A DNA stretch of 64,000 bases from Octopus sinensis (lineage: Eukaryota), in the NCBI RefSeq assembly GCF_006345805.1, contig NC_043015.1, forward strand, positions 39,308,001 to 39,372,000, given 5' to 3'. The notes under the pieces are model-generated. The model was not told the origin of the DNA, did not search any database, and saw only the letters and a list, made by a program, of their open reading frames with translations. This document shows, piece after piece, positions 40,571-54,746 of this stretch (position 1 is the first letter of the stretch; the number at the start of each line of letters is the position of its first letter). A program made the translations under genes and the position numbers.

Positions 40571-43500
40571 AGAGTGATAGATTGCAGAATTGGTAGATTG
40601 GCAGATTCCAGAATTGGCAAAGGTACTTATTTCAATATGTTACAATGTTATGTTGTGTCTTTGCAATCTGCATTCAAATCCCACCAAGATGGTCTTTGCA
40701 TTTCAGTTTTCCCTGATCGTTAAAATAAATACCAGTAATATACTGACACCAAAGATATCCTCCATAGACATTTCTGCCTTTCTGACTATATAGGGAATTA
40801 AAATTTATTATTATTATTATCATTATAACACTCGCTTTATCAGAAATGGGATCTTCGGATTCTTGCTTGTGCCGTAAATTTGTCAGTAAGAATCGTTAAT
40901 TTCCATTCAGGCCTTAACCACAGTTCGATCTCACAGATGTTCCATTCACAGCACATATTAAAATGGCACGAAAAATATGTTGCAATGATCTTTAGTAATC
41001 CAAATAAAAAGAACCGCTGATTTCTAAAACTGAAAATTAATGTAAATATGTTCTCTATTTACATTTGACGGATATTTGTCCTCATCTTGTTTGTTGTTAA
41101 CACAACGTTTCGGCTGATATACCCTCCAGCCTTCATCAGGTGTCTTGGGGAAATTTCGAACCTGGGTTCTCATTCCTAAGGTATTTTTCGATGTTATTAT
41201 TATTATTATTCAGGTCACTGCTTGGATTCGAACTCGAAATCTTGGGGTTAGTAGCCCGCACTCTTAACCACCATACCATATGTCCGCTGCAATATGGACT
41301 GCTGCAATAAGAGTGTGAATCTGAGAGGGGATTATGCTGAATAAAATCATAATTAACCGATCCTCCTCTATTTTCTTTTACTCAAAACCAGGTTTTTAAC
41401 AGCACCTTCTCGTATATAAATCTATCTAAACCAGAACTTGACCCTCCAAAGAAGTCGACATACACATAATATCGTTTTCTTTGAATATTTTGCATTGGCA
41501 GGCAATTATCTCGCAGCTAAAAATCTTAACAATTCACTAATTTAGTCGAATACAAAGAACGTCGTATTATACTTTCTGACAATATAAGATAAACAGAATT
41601 CTTTAAAAACGAATTTTAGTTAAGGTATTTGACTAATTTTGTTTCCGCCATGTTTTATCCTGTCGAAGGATTCTGGAAAAATGATTTTGTTTGGTTTATA
41701 TTATTAAAGACAAGTCGAATTCAGGTTAACAGACAGTTGTAAGCAATAACAGACGCATGCACTTTTTCTTACTCTCTTTCTCTGTGTTTTCGTTACAGAC
41801 GTTTACTGTTTTTGCGGCGGGGCAGTCCCAGGATCCGTCATTCTTGCACACGCAGTCATATTTATAGCATCCATCAGTGAATGAAAAAGGACGGTCGAGA
41901 GAATAGTACCGGCCCTTCACCTTGCAGCCTTTGCTTTTGTTTTGCCTTCGTGAAGGATCTGAAAGGAGTTGGTAAAATCACAGGATATAGAGGCAAAAAT
42001 TAACTTTATTATATAAAGATTTTCTTTTAGAAAGCATAAAACAAATGGTATTAACAGGAGTCTGTTGACTCAAATTTACTAATTTACAAATATTTATTGA
42101 ATCATAGCGATAAAAAGAAAGTCTTCCACATATTATTAACCGAATAAGGCAGTGAATGAAACTCAGTAAAGAATTTAGTCCGGAATTTCTTTGCATGGAT
42201 TTCACCAACACTGGAGTAGAAAAATATTGCTTCATTCGTGAATAGCAGACGATATATAAAATTGTTTGCCATTTAGATTTCATTTCAGCCATAGCTGAAT
42301 CATTTCCAATAGAAATGAAATTACTGAGGTCTAATTGCTCACATCAGCAGTTGGACTTAGATTTATAACTGCGTAGCATCCATGTCTTTCTTAACGGCTA
42401 ATCTAAAGAAGAGACTCCGCAGTGAAGAAAGACTTCGACGTAAAGTCGAGGTTCCGGTTGACTTCTGTTTTACAACTGATTGTTAGATGTTTATTTTTCC
42501 TGTAGAATTATCGTAAATCGTGAAATGTGCAGTGAACATTTAGAGGACATTTTGAACTTGAATCAAATATATGTCGTATGTTTTAACTGACAATCAGCTG
42601 CGTATGTAAATGTTCCGGGGAAAACATATAAGAGATAGCAAAATAATTGAAAAATATTTAAAATGGCTGTGCGGTAAGAAGCTTGCTCCCCAACCATATG
42701 GTTCCGGGTTCAGTACCACTGCGTGACACCTTTTTTCACATCGTTATAAACAGAGAATCAAGGGAAATAGAACAGAAGACGAGAAACCCAGTTTTATGAA
42801 TCCGATCCCCTCCCCTTATATTGTAGCTCATCTTTTATGAGATAATAGACGAATAACATAGAAAAGGCGCAAATACGTGTGTCTTTACATCTGGTATTAC
42901 CTAAAGATCTACTTCCAACATGTACAACAGATCTTAAAGATCTCTTAGAGAACTATTTATCACTCAAGAGTATGAGAAGACTGTCTTAATATTACTCGAG
43001 ACCTTCTCAGCATTTAACAACTGGTCAATAAAATTCTAGAATGCATCCAAAGTAGAAAAAAACAATAGAAATTAAGAGACAAGGTCGTGTTTTACCTCTT
43101 CTGTTTTGTACGCAGGTATTTTGTGTTCGTTCTAAAGGACATTCCCACGATCCATCACGATTGCAATCACATGAATATTGAAAGCATCCATTGGTGAAAG
43201 AGAATGGTTGACCAAAAGGGTAAGTTCTACCCCTCACTTCACAGCCATCAGCAGCTTCCACACCAGAATCTTTACAAATAAACAAATAAACAGATGAAAA
43301 AAAAATGATAAACCTCTCATACGTTAAAGAAAATGGATAACGAAGCAATTTTCTATAAATTAAAACACGATAGCTTTAACCCTTTAGTGTTCAGATTACT
43401 CTGTTAAATGTAATACTTTTTCACTCAAATTGTTTTGAATTAATCATGCATTATCTTATAGCTTTGAGGTTTCAATGATGTGATTGTCTATTTTTAGAAT

Positions 43501-44469
43501 GTTAATGTAGGTTAGATGTAAGAGGCTGGATATGGCCAGTTTGAATATAAAACATGTAGAATATCTGGGCCAGATATGGCCGGTTTAAACACTAAAGGGT
43601 TAACGAAAACATAACAGTGATATTAGGATTCGATTGGAAAGTTTTAGCGAAATAATCTTGTCCGAATTTTAAAGAGAATAAATATGGTAAAAAGAGTTGT
43701 AGATAGTTTAAATTTTCTGTTTTTATTTAGAGCGATGAGCTGTCCACAAGACTTTGCTTTGTGGTTGCGAAACCTTGGATAACTTCATGTCCAAGATATA
43801 AAATTTTTGCTGTAATAATTACTGCTCTATTCATTAGCGTGTGCTTCTTTCTAATTTTTTTGTTAGTTGCTTTAAACAATTTTTTAAAATATCAATAGCT
43901 TTAAATATAAGAGTTGTTATATATTACCAACATAATAGTATTTTATTTATATTTATTTACATGTTTTATTACAGTCTCTAGATTAAATAAGACCCTGATG
44001 CTTACTTAATATACTTATATGTTGTTCTTGTATGTTATTAAAATAGCCAAAGATTGTCTTCGACCGAAACGTATTTGGATTAATATCATTTGAGATATAT
44101 AGAAATATATTTCGATAGTTGTGGATTCTATTTACTTAATTATTTTGTCCGTTATAATTTTTTTAAAAATTGTAATTGTTATGTAGTTGAAAAGTTAACG
44201 TTTACGCTCCTAATCATAGACATTTGAATTAATCTTTTAACAATCCAGCCGTCCTTCCACATGGAATCTCGTCTGTCTTTTAAACCAAAGCTCTGAAGAG
44301 ACTTATATAAATGGATATCAATTGTTTATAAATCAAATAATGTATATAAGTCGAAACAAATTGTTGGCCTTTTTGGTTTTTTAATAATCTTTTATGTTAT
44401 ATTATATTCATAATATATTATGTTATAATATAAATAAATAATAGATTGTCAATTGGATCCATCTATCTA

Positions 44470-44527
<58 letters not shown>

Positions 44528-45085
44528 ATGTGTGCGCATAAATAAGCATCACTGTATCACTGCACCGAGCAGTCTATCAGATGTTGTTATACACCGCTGG
44601 TCACAATGCATTTCCAATTCTTTCTTGATTGCATCTTTCTTTTCCATCTAGGCCCAAATCATTTAACTAAACCGTCTCCCCATCGTCATGGAGGTCTTCC
44701 GAGTGACCTTTTTACGTTCTCTTGGAAGATACCACTCGGCAGCTGCATGGGTCCACCTGTTAGCTGTGAATCCTGTGACATATCCGGCTCAGCGGAACTT
44801 GTACTTTCGCTATTCTGCGACGACGTCCGTTCTCGACTTCATTCCGGATATGTTCTCACGATGGTATTTCTAGCATGGATCTTCACATAGCCCTTTGCAA
44901 CGTTGCCAACCGATGTCCTCCCCTCTTCGCAGTAGCCCACGTCTCACTTGCGTATAACAAGCACTGGTAAGACGGTGCTATTGAAGTGTCTGGCATGTAT
45001 AGTCTTATCCATCTTTTCTTTGAGCACATCTTTTATTGAATTAAACACCTTCCAACTTGTCCTTGTTCTCCTCCAGATTTCAGCA

Positions 45086-45130
<45 letters not shown>

Positions 45131-45870
45131 ACACACACACACACATATTTATATATGCATATATATATGTTTACATATATTTGTGGGTGAGGTATGTATC
45201 CGGCCTCCCACTAAGTTACCAGATTATATGTGTAGAAGCGATCGGCGAAAGAAGGGACGTTGGACATGTTGTTAGCCGTAAGTTGATCGTCGTTAATGTA
45301 AGATTTGTCTGTCCTTGTTTGTACAACTGACCACAAGATGGAAGATTTTGCTGCCAGATTATAGACGTCTTCCATCTTGTGGTCAGTTGTGCAAACAAGG
45401 ACAGACAAATCTTACATTAACGACGATCAACTTACGGCTAACAACATGTCCAACGTCCCCTTCTTTTGCCGATCGCTTCTACACATTTAATTTCAATCTT
45501 CGATGCTTTTGGTGAATGCCGATTCTTCAGATCGATCAAATATGAAACTTGAAATTGGCAAGACGAACACTAAACTCAGATGCTGCTTCAGACGAATTCA
45601 GAAGGCGCCATACGACCAATACTTTCATATTTTACGCAGAGAAGGTTTCTTATAGAAATATTTCTTCCGGATTTTGCTGCCATCATCCAAATTCTTTCAT
45701 GCCATAAAATGATCTTCCGTTTGGTGTCCACCGTTATATACCACATCCCTTTCTCATGCATCTCTGTGGGTTTGATGTAACCCAGGTTGACGTGTCTCGT
45801 ATTGATGTTCCCCAACACAAGAATTCTCTTTCTCCTCCGTCTGTCTATCTTCCCCCTCCTCTCTCTCTTT

Positions 45871-45920
<50 letters not shown>

Positions 45921-48900
45921 AAAATTTTATCCACTCCTGAACCTCTTGTTGTTGTGGTCGTTTATTGGCATCATTGTCTCTACATACATCCAACTTCTAC
46001 AGCGTAGGCTAATGTGACCCAACCTTGCACCAAGACAAACATTTGAATGTTTTATTCGATTTCCGCTATTTCAAAAGCATGCAAGTTTTGAGAACATTCG
46101 GCACCAATCTAAACAGAAGTTGGATGTATGTAGGGACAATGATGCCAATAAACGACCACCACAACAACAAGAACAGCAACAACAATGACAACAATGACAA
46201 CAACTGCAACGACATTTACAACAAAGAGGAATGTATTTGATGAAATTTCCACTTACCTTTGAAATGAATTAAGGCCCAAGCAACCAGCAGCAGGGATTTT
46301 ACTGTTGCTCGCCCCTGCAAAAAGCAGTCGAAAGTCAGAATTGAAACAAAACAAAGGGAAAAAAGTTTCTGCTTTCAAAATTAAAATGGTTTCTACACAC
46401 ACAAGATATATACACACTCTCCTACACATATACACTATATCCGATATACATAATACATATGCATACATAATACATACATAATACACACATACACATATAT
46501 ATATGCCTCGATATATGAGTTAATTTGTTCCCGGAGAACGCTCGTAAACCGAAAACTCGTAAACGGAAAACAAAATTCGTAAAAGCTCTTAAACCCAGTG
46601 TCTCGTAAAGCGAGTCCTCATAAAGTGAGGTATTATTGTATATATACACTATATTCAAAATATGTATTGATGCAGACATGAATTTAAAGATCCAAAGGAG
46701 AAAAAAAGGCTTCCTGTGTATCGATTTAAGTTTATTCATTAAGAGGTTCAGGAATGGATAAAATTTTGGGAGAGAGAGAGAGAGGGGAGGGGGAAGATGG
46801 ACAGACGGAGGAGAAAGAGAAAGAGAGGGGTAGGGAGGTCTTAATGTATGGTGTGTGGTTTGGGTGGGGGAAATCTTGTGTGCGTAGCAGATGTTTTGCT
46901 CCAGATATATAAACAAGATTATAGAGTCAGGGATTAACTTGTAGAGAGTTTGTGACTGTTCGGAATCACTGAAATCATTTCTGTACTCAAAGAGGAAACC
47001 AAACTTTAGGTTACAGCTTTTGGTTATGGTGCAGATATGTCGCCATTTGAAGAATCATCAAATTAAGGAGGCCAAGAATTTTCAGTGAGTTTGAAGATTT
47101 TTAACTGTGTTTTATTCAGGGTGGTTGGGTACAGTGGGTACAGCGTTGTAAGGAATCACCATTTATATATGTTTTGATACTGCTGAATGAGGCTAGATTG
47201 TCATGTTTAGATTGCCGAATGTTCTCGAAACTTCTCTTCAAAATATTGGTTGAATTATTGTATTGAAAATATAAATATGAAGATAAAGACAAAAGTTAGA
47301 AAAAAAAATGCAGTCCATGATAATGGTGGACCTGATTTACCATTGCGTGGATGAAGAGCTTTGCATCACACTCACACTCATGCTCACGCACACATTAACA
47401 GTCACACTTACACTCAACACCAGACGATTCTCCTTAAAGGCGAAAATCGTTAAACAAATTTCCATTATTCAAAAGGTTTTACAAAGCTCAGGTGATACAA
47501 TAAATTACTGTCCCCCCCCCATTCAGAAAAGAATCGGTGATACACGCATACATTTCAGATTACAGCCATCAAAAGGTCAGCCGACAGATTGATACGAAAA
47601 CATTCACTAATACACTCCAGCCTCTGGTGTACAGACATGCTGTGTCTCCTCCCTGTGTCTTTTCTACAGCTATTATATCGGTTTCTGATCTGTTTGGTCT
47701 CTTGTTACACCCACTCATGCGCTCTTAGCTCCTTCATCTATTCCTCGCTCACAAATCATACTTTGTCCAACTCTTGGCTTCACACCAATCATTCTACCCA
47801 CTCCTTTCTCCTCAGAAAGTGGTCCCTCTAGAGTAGCCCCTTGTGGACAATAAAGAAATAAGGAACTGAACGTAGAATGTCTCAAAGTGACGCAATCCAA
47901 TAAATACCTATTTCTTTACTACCCACAAGGGGCTAAGCCCAGAGGGGACGAACAAGGACAGACAAACGGATTAAGTCGATTACTTCGACCCCAGTGCGTA
48001 ACTGGTACTTAATTTATCGACCCCGAAAGGATGAAAGGCAAAGTCGACCTCGGCGGACTTTGAACTCAGGACGCAGCGGCGGACGAAATACTGCAAAGCA
48101 TTTCGCCCGGCGTGCTAACGTTTCTGCCAACTCGCCGCAATCCAAGAAATACCGCAATATGTCTTGCTTGATGCTCTACCAATTCTACCATCCACAGCTA
48201 CGATGCCCAACCGATTCTTCCAAACTACCGCCTTAAAATAAACATTAATATCACAGCTGTTTGGGTGTTTGTGAAATATTTCTGGGACTGCTTTGCTTTA
48301 AAATCAACAGACACCATAAATTATTTCTGAGTAATGGAAGTGGATTACGATGATATTCGTCAGACGTCGAAGGAGAAGGTTTTAAGGGTGTCGGTGTGAT
48401 TTACAGTCGGGTACCGCGAGACTGTTTTATTTCACATTTAGTCTACGTTTATTGTCTCAGGCAGCAAATGCTTAGAATGTCTTTTTAAAAGACAAACATC
48501 TGCTGCAGATAAATTAAATTGGTTGACAGTACTACACCCTATTTTTTGTGTATAGACGATGTCTGTGTAAATAAACAGTGATGATGATGAGGAGCGGGAG
48601 GGGGAAAGGGGGAGGGGGGAGAAGGGGAAGATGAGGAAGAAGATGAGGAAGAAGAAGAAGAATGAGAAGAAGAGGAAATAGAAGAAGAAAAGAAGAAAGA
48701 AGAAGTCTAAGAGAAGAAGAATAAGAGAAGTAGAAGAGAAGAAAAGAAGTAGAAGAAGAAGAAGTGGAAAGAAGAAGAAAGAAGAAGTAGAACAAGAAGT
48801 GGAAGAAGAAGAGAAGATTAGAAGAAGAAGACGAAGAAGAAGAAGTGGACGAAGAAGAAGAAGAAGAGTGGAATAAGAAGAAGAAGTGAAGAATAAGAAG

Positions 48901-48922
48901 AATGGAAGAAGAAGAAGAAGAA

Positions 48923-48954
<32 letters not shown>

Positions 48955-50109
48955 GGAAAGAAGAAGAAGAAGAAGAAGAAAAAGAAGAAGAATGGAATAA
49001 AAGAAGAAGAGTGAAGAAGAAAAGAAGAAAGAAGGAGTTTGTGGGAAGAAAAAGAAAGAAGAAGAAGGAGTGAAGAAGAAGAAGAAGAAATACGAAGAAG
49101 ACGGAAGGAAGAAGAGAAGAAATAGAAGAAGTGGAAGAAGAAGAAGAAGAAGAAGAAGAAGAAGAAGAATTGAGATGGAAGGATAGATATACAATTAGAG
49201 ACAGAGAGAGGCAGATGGACAAGAAAACAAGACAGAGAGAGAGAGCTAGAGGGAGTGACACACGCAGATAGACAAAAAGATGGATAGTTAAAGATAGATG
49301 GATGGATGGATACATACATACACACGTGTGTGTGTGTCTGTGTGTGTGTGGTGTGTTTAGACAGATAGATAAAGAAGGAAGATTGGTAGGATGAGAGCGA
49401 TTATTTATCTTTATAGGCGTTTCATTGTTTTTCTTGTTGAGAGTCAAAATCGAGTGTCAAATCCCTGGTTTAACATCCGTTAACACATCACTCGCTGATT
49501 CAGTGAAACGAGATATTCTGTGATGTGAAGCAGTCACCAGATGTGGCGGCGTTTAATTCAGTCTCGAAGAGAATGATTCCAATGTGAATTCTTCATATAC
49601 ATAACGAATTTATTCATTTCGAACTATTTGAATCAATAAGATTAATATTTAAGATAGGTTAAGCATATCGAATAGGTCTGGAATAGTTAATAATATATAT
49701 ATGGTGAGAGATAGATAATTAGGTAGGTAGATAGATAGATAGATAGACAGACTGATGGCTAGCTAGTTGGAGAGATAGACAGATAGAAAGACAGACAGAC
49801 AGATAGCTAGCTAGATGGATAAATAGAAAGACAGACAGATGGATAGGTAAATAGACAGACAGACAGATAGATAGACAAACAGACGGACAGGCAGACAGAA
49901 AGACAAACAGACAGATGGATAAATAGATAGAGAGACAGATAAACAGACAGACAAATAAACATAGATGGATAGAAAAGCAGACATACAAATAGCTAGCTAG
50001 CTAGATACACAGACATACATACAGACTGATAGATAGATAGATAGATGGATGGATGGATGGATGGATGGATGGATGGATGGATGGATGGATGGATGGATTG
50101 ATAGATAGG

Positions 50110-50153
<44 letters not shown>

Positions 50154-53100
50154 CGGATGGACGGATGGATACAAAAATGGGTGTAGAAATAGGTAGGTCA
50201 GTGTAAGTATATTTAATGCATGGAACATTAAAAAAACTGGTTAAAAACCAACAATTTGGTGAGGTAAAACAAAACTAATCAATGTGTACTTTCTTTTCAA
50301 TTGTCCTCTAAGTACGAGAGACAGCTATAATTTAATTTGCTCTTATTCTGAGCTCATCAACGAAATTTAGCCTTCCCTGTTCATATGTAAGTAGCGAAAT
50401 CAGCGTAGCAAGATAGTAAAACATCCTTCCTTTGCATCTCTTTAGAAAACTCAGTTGTACTTCCCAATAAAACTTTCTTTTAAAGATCTCTCTCTATATA
50501 TAAAGCTGAAGTTGTCTGTGTGTGGCAGGTTTGGTAGTCTTCAACTAACACTATCTCCTCAGAGACCCTGCAGCGCAAGTTGACCAAAATTGAGAGTATG
50601 ATAGAAGAAGGCTTGCTCTTCTTTCCATAGAAGATAAAATTCAAATCGGACCATGTTAACACCAAAATCATTTACATAAAAAATCCCTATTTTTTAACGA
50701 TTTTTTGACTACTGTGTCGCCATTTTTCGGTGTATTTCAACCAGAAAAATGTTCACTTAAAGAGAATAACAAGCTACATAATGCAAAACTTTTACTTTTC
50801 AAAAATTCCAATTCTAAAGGGTCGAAACAGACCCGAGCAACGCCGGGCGATACTGCTAGTTTATTCTAAAGAGAGAGTGTAACGACTTTCTGTAGGATAC
50901 GAACACAAGATCTTTGACTCTATAAATTGTTTCTTGATCGACTCGATACAAACCCGAGGGGTACGGTGATCTTCAAATCAAGAGAAAGCTCATTCTACAT
51001 AACAGTGCTGGGTCGGTTATTTCTAAAAATTGGAAAAGTAATGCTTTATGGACAATGACACCACGATTAAAAAACATTGAGAAACCCTGAAGTCTAATTT
51101 ATAAGGCTGTATTAATTTGTTGTGTTATTTTGTGTCAGTGTTGCTTGTTGAACTTCGTTTAGACAGGTCATCAAAATACTGTGACAATTATTTACGATAT
51201 ACTAAAGTTAGTTAAGACGTCATAGACACAAATGACAGCTCTTAATGACTTCTGACCTCGCGTTAACAAAACTCATTAACGAAGATGATAATTACAGTCT
51301 GAATCAGAATTTGCCTTATGTATTTCATAAACAGAGAAAATGAAAGGAAAAAAAAAATAGTTGTGTCCCCACTTTTTAATATTGGAGTTCAAATCACGAC
51401 GGCGTTTGGTTTTCCTTTTCAACGATTTGAGATCGATAATCAGATATCAGCAATATCTTGAGAATTTAATCAATAGTTACACTTTTAAGCGTCCAAATCT
51501 TACCGAACACTCAAACACACGGAGCCATTCCCGTCTCATTCTCACACAGACAGATTCTCTCTCTTTCTCTCTAACTTATTCTCTTTGTTATTTGTATCTC
51601 CTTCAGACACCAGAGGTCTCGTTCTCTCTGCCTCTCCGTTGTTCATCTTATTCCTCTTTGGTGCCATAAACACTATTGCATAAACACTATTGAAGCTTGC
51701 TGCTGAAACCATAGAAATGGAACAGTCAGCGCCGTCAGTGGTTCGATTCACGCCGACCCATAGATTGGTGACTCAGTACATGGGTCAAAGACCTGTAGGA
51801 ATCACGATGAGAGAGAGACATGGGGTAAGGATGTGACCCGATGGCTGATTGTGACCTTCGCAAGGCAGTGTGCGAAGATCGTGAGAACACGAGTAGCCTG
51901 GAGGACAGACACCGAACGGGAGTTAGTCTTGATCTCCAAATATTTTGGCATAAGGCCAGCAACATTCGAGGGAAGGAGTAAAGTCGACTACATTGACCCC
52001 AGTACGCAACTGGTACTTAATTTATCGACCCTGAAAGGATGAAAAGCAAAGTCGACTTCGGCAGAATCTGAACTCAGAACGGAGAGACGGACGAAATGCA
52101 GCTGAGCTCTTGACCCGGCGTGCCAACGATTCTACTCATAACCCGCCCTTCTATAAACCCACAAAAACTTAAATGCAATAATATCGCAGTGGATATTGAG
52201 CTGGTCAAAGAAACCCTGAGTCTGAAGTGCAGAGGATGCTGCAAAGGCTCTTACGATGAGAAAGATCAATCACTGATCAATAAAACCATAATCAAAGACT
52301 GCAGAATGAGAAAGAAAGGCGAGAAGGAAAAACATAAACCAAATACTGGAAATCACCGGAATTATTCACTACACGGGGGTGAGAGTGAGATGGGGGCTGG
52401 AAATACTATCACGGACAAGGTAGCACCTTCAGTGAAATATGTCATGAGTGAATGGCAAACAATTTTGTAAATTCAGGTGAAAGAGGGAACTATAAAACGC
52501 GAAATCTGTCCTCATTAGAAAAGGAATATTCCAAGAGATTCTCCTGCCTTTATTTCTTTTCTGTCGAGTAGAAATATTTAAATGAGACTAGACACGGATA
52601 CAAATGTTACAATGAAGCAATCAACCATCTGTTGTACGTAAATTACCTCAGATTGTATACTGCAAATGACAGGCTAGAAACACTCCAACATAAAGTACAT
52701 GGATTTATCAGGAGAATTGCTACACAACTCAAATTAGAAGCATGCGCACTAAAGCAAAAAGAAAAAATAGTAAAGGATTAGGAAGGAATATCATAAACGC
52801 TTTTGATCAATAATTAAAACGGAACTAAATGCAAAAAGAAAGTCATGGGATCAAACCGAAGGCGTCCAAGAAATTTGTTTCAGTTATGGCAGTCTCAATT
52901 GGACGGTAAACGAATTAAGAAGACTTGTTGTTTGTTCCTTCTCGAGTCATGCCTGGCTCATAAGGGCCGGTTTCCCGGTTTGTTGGCGTATAGGTTCCCC
53001 ACCTGGACAGGACGCCGGTCCGTCGCAGGTGAGCTGCAAGATGCAGGCGGAAAGAGTGAGAGAAAGTTGTGGTGAAAGAGTCAGCAGAAGTTCGCCATTA

Positions 53101-54679
53101 CCTTCTGCCGGAGCCGCGTGGAGCTTAGGTGTTTCGTTCATAAACATACACATCGTCCGGTCTGAGATTCGAACCCGCGATCCCCCGACCGCGAGTTCAC
53201 TGCACTAACCACTAGGCCATGTGCCTCCACGCAATTAAGAAGACTAGATAGACATGGCTGCATATAGAATGCACCACTGAATATCAAACACAGAAAAATA
53301 TCTATCACGAATACAAAGCGGTATGGGTCTTATGAAACGAGAAAACTATGAGAAAATATTTGTTGTAGGCGGCAAAAATATCAGGCAAATAATAATGGGA
53401 AAATTAATACAAATAACTACAAAAAAATGAACAACATAATTAAAAATATTTTGTACCTCCAAAAAAACCCAGCAACAACAAAACAGGATGAAATGACAGA
53501 TGACAGGAGAAACAACATTAGAAATCATACAAAACTGAAACCTAACCTGAAATTGGGACATCGAAATATTCTGATAAAGCGATGGCAAGAAAAGTCACAT
53601 AAGTTGGCGAGCTGGCAGAAACGTTAGCACGCCGGGCGAAATGCGTGGCCGTATTTCGTCTGCCGTTACGTTCAGAGTTTAAATTCCGCCGAGGTCGACT
53701 TTGCCTTTCATCCTTTCGGGGTCGATAAATTAAGTACCAGTTACGCACTGGGGTCGATGTAATCGACTTAATCCCTTTGTCATTGTTTGTTCACTCTATT
53801 TCTAGCCTTTGTAGGCAGTAAAGAAATGGGTATTTCGTCTGCCGCTACGTTTTGAGTTCAAATTCCGCCGAGGTCGACTTTGCCGTTCATCTTTTCGGGA
53901 TCGATTAAATAAGTACCAGTTACGCACTGGGGTCGATATAATCGACTTAATCCGTTTGTCTGTTCTTGTTTGTCTCTTCTGTGTTTAGCTCCTTGTGGAC
54001 AATGAAGAAATAAGAAAAGTTACATGACCAATAATGCAAAAAGGTGAACAGAATGGAAGAAGAGAAGGAAAATGCAGAATTCCCTAGATTCTGAGACTAA
54101 AGGGTTTGTGATTACGGGGCAGCGTTAAAGTCACTCTTCCAGAAACCACCAGAAGTATATAACGAAGCGAAATATAGTAACGGCAGAATATGTAGAGATG
54201 GGGAAGAAACAATTGGTCATATTTCTCTTTTATACTGGAAATGATTATGAAGGGCCAACACAGGAGAGATAATAGGGACATAGAGCAAGAAAAATACCCA
54301 AGAACGTCAAAATAAGCATATTCTAGGATATGCCAAGGCATACAGATAGAAAGATCAAGAACCACTGGAAAAGAAAGTGTCTGTGAAGAATCAGCGCAAC
54401 AGAAAACGATGTTCCTTAATGAAATACATTGACTCACCTACTATAACGACCCAAACAGGTGCCCTGGCACTAATAAAAAAAATATGCAGCCTAATTCACT
54501 ATGAAAATATTAGGATCTTTAAATAAACATAACAAACTGAACATTACTCTCTGCTAGGCATTGGATACGTGTTACGTAGGGAACCTTTAATACAGTAAAA
54601 ATGACAGAACCAAAAACCACGCTGCTAATACCAAAAAGCACACAGAGCTGTAATTAGTAGTGCAGTAGTGAAAGCATGC

Positions 54680-54746
<67 letters not shown>

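Noticed and set aside
40840-41035. Possible extra exon behind a ttttcag acceptor
   Set aside because: The phase-1 frame stops after about 12 codons and no frame shows the Cys module.
3908-43269. Naming the gene kielin/chordin, SCO-spondin, zonadhesin, mucin or pacifastin
   Set aside because: The modules lack the C-terminal VWC half, there are no VWD, TSP or CTCK domains, and the pacifastin CNxCxC and CTxxxC signature is absent. No symbol assigned.
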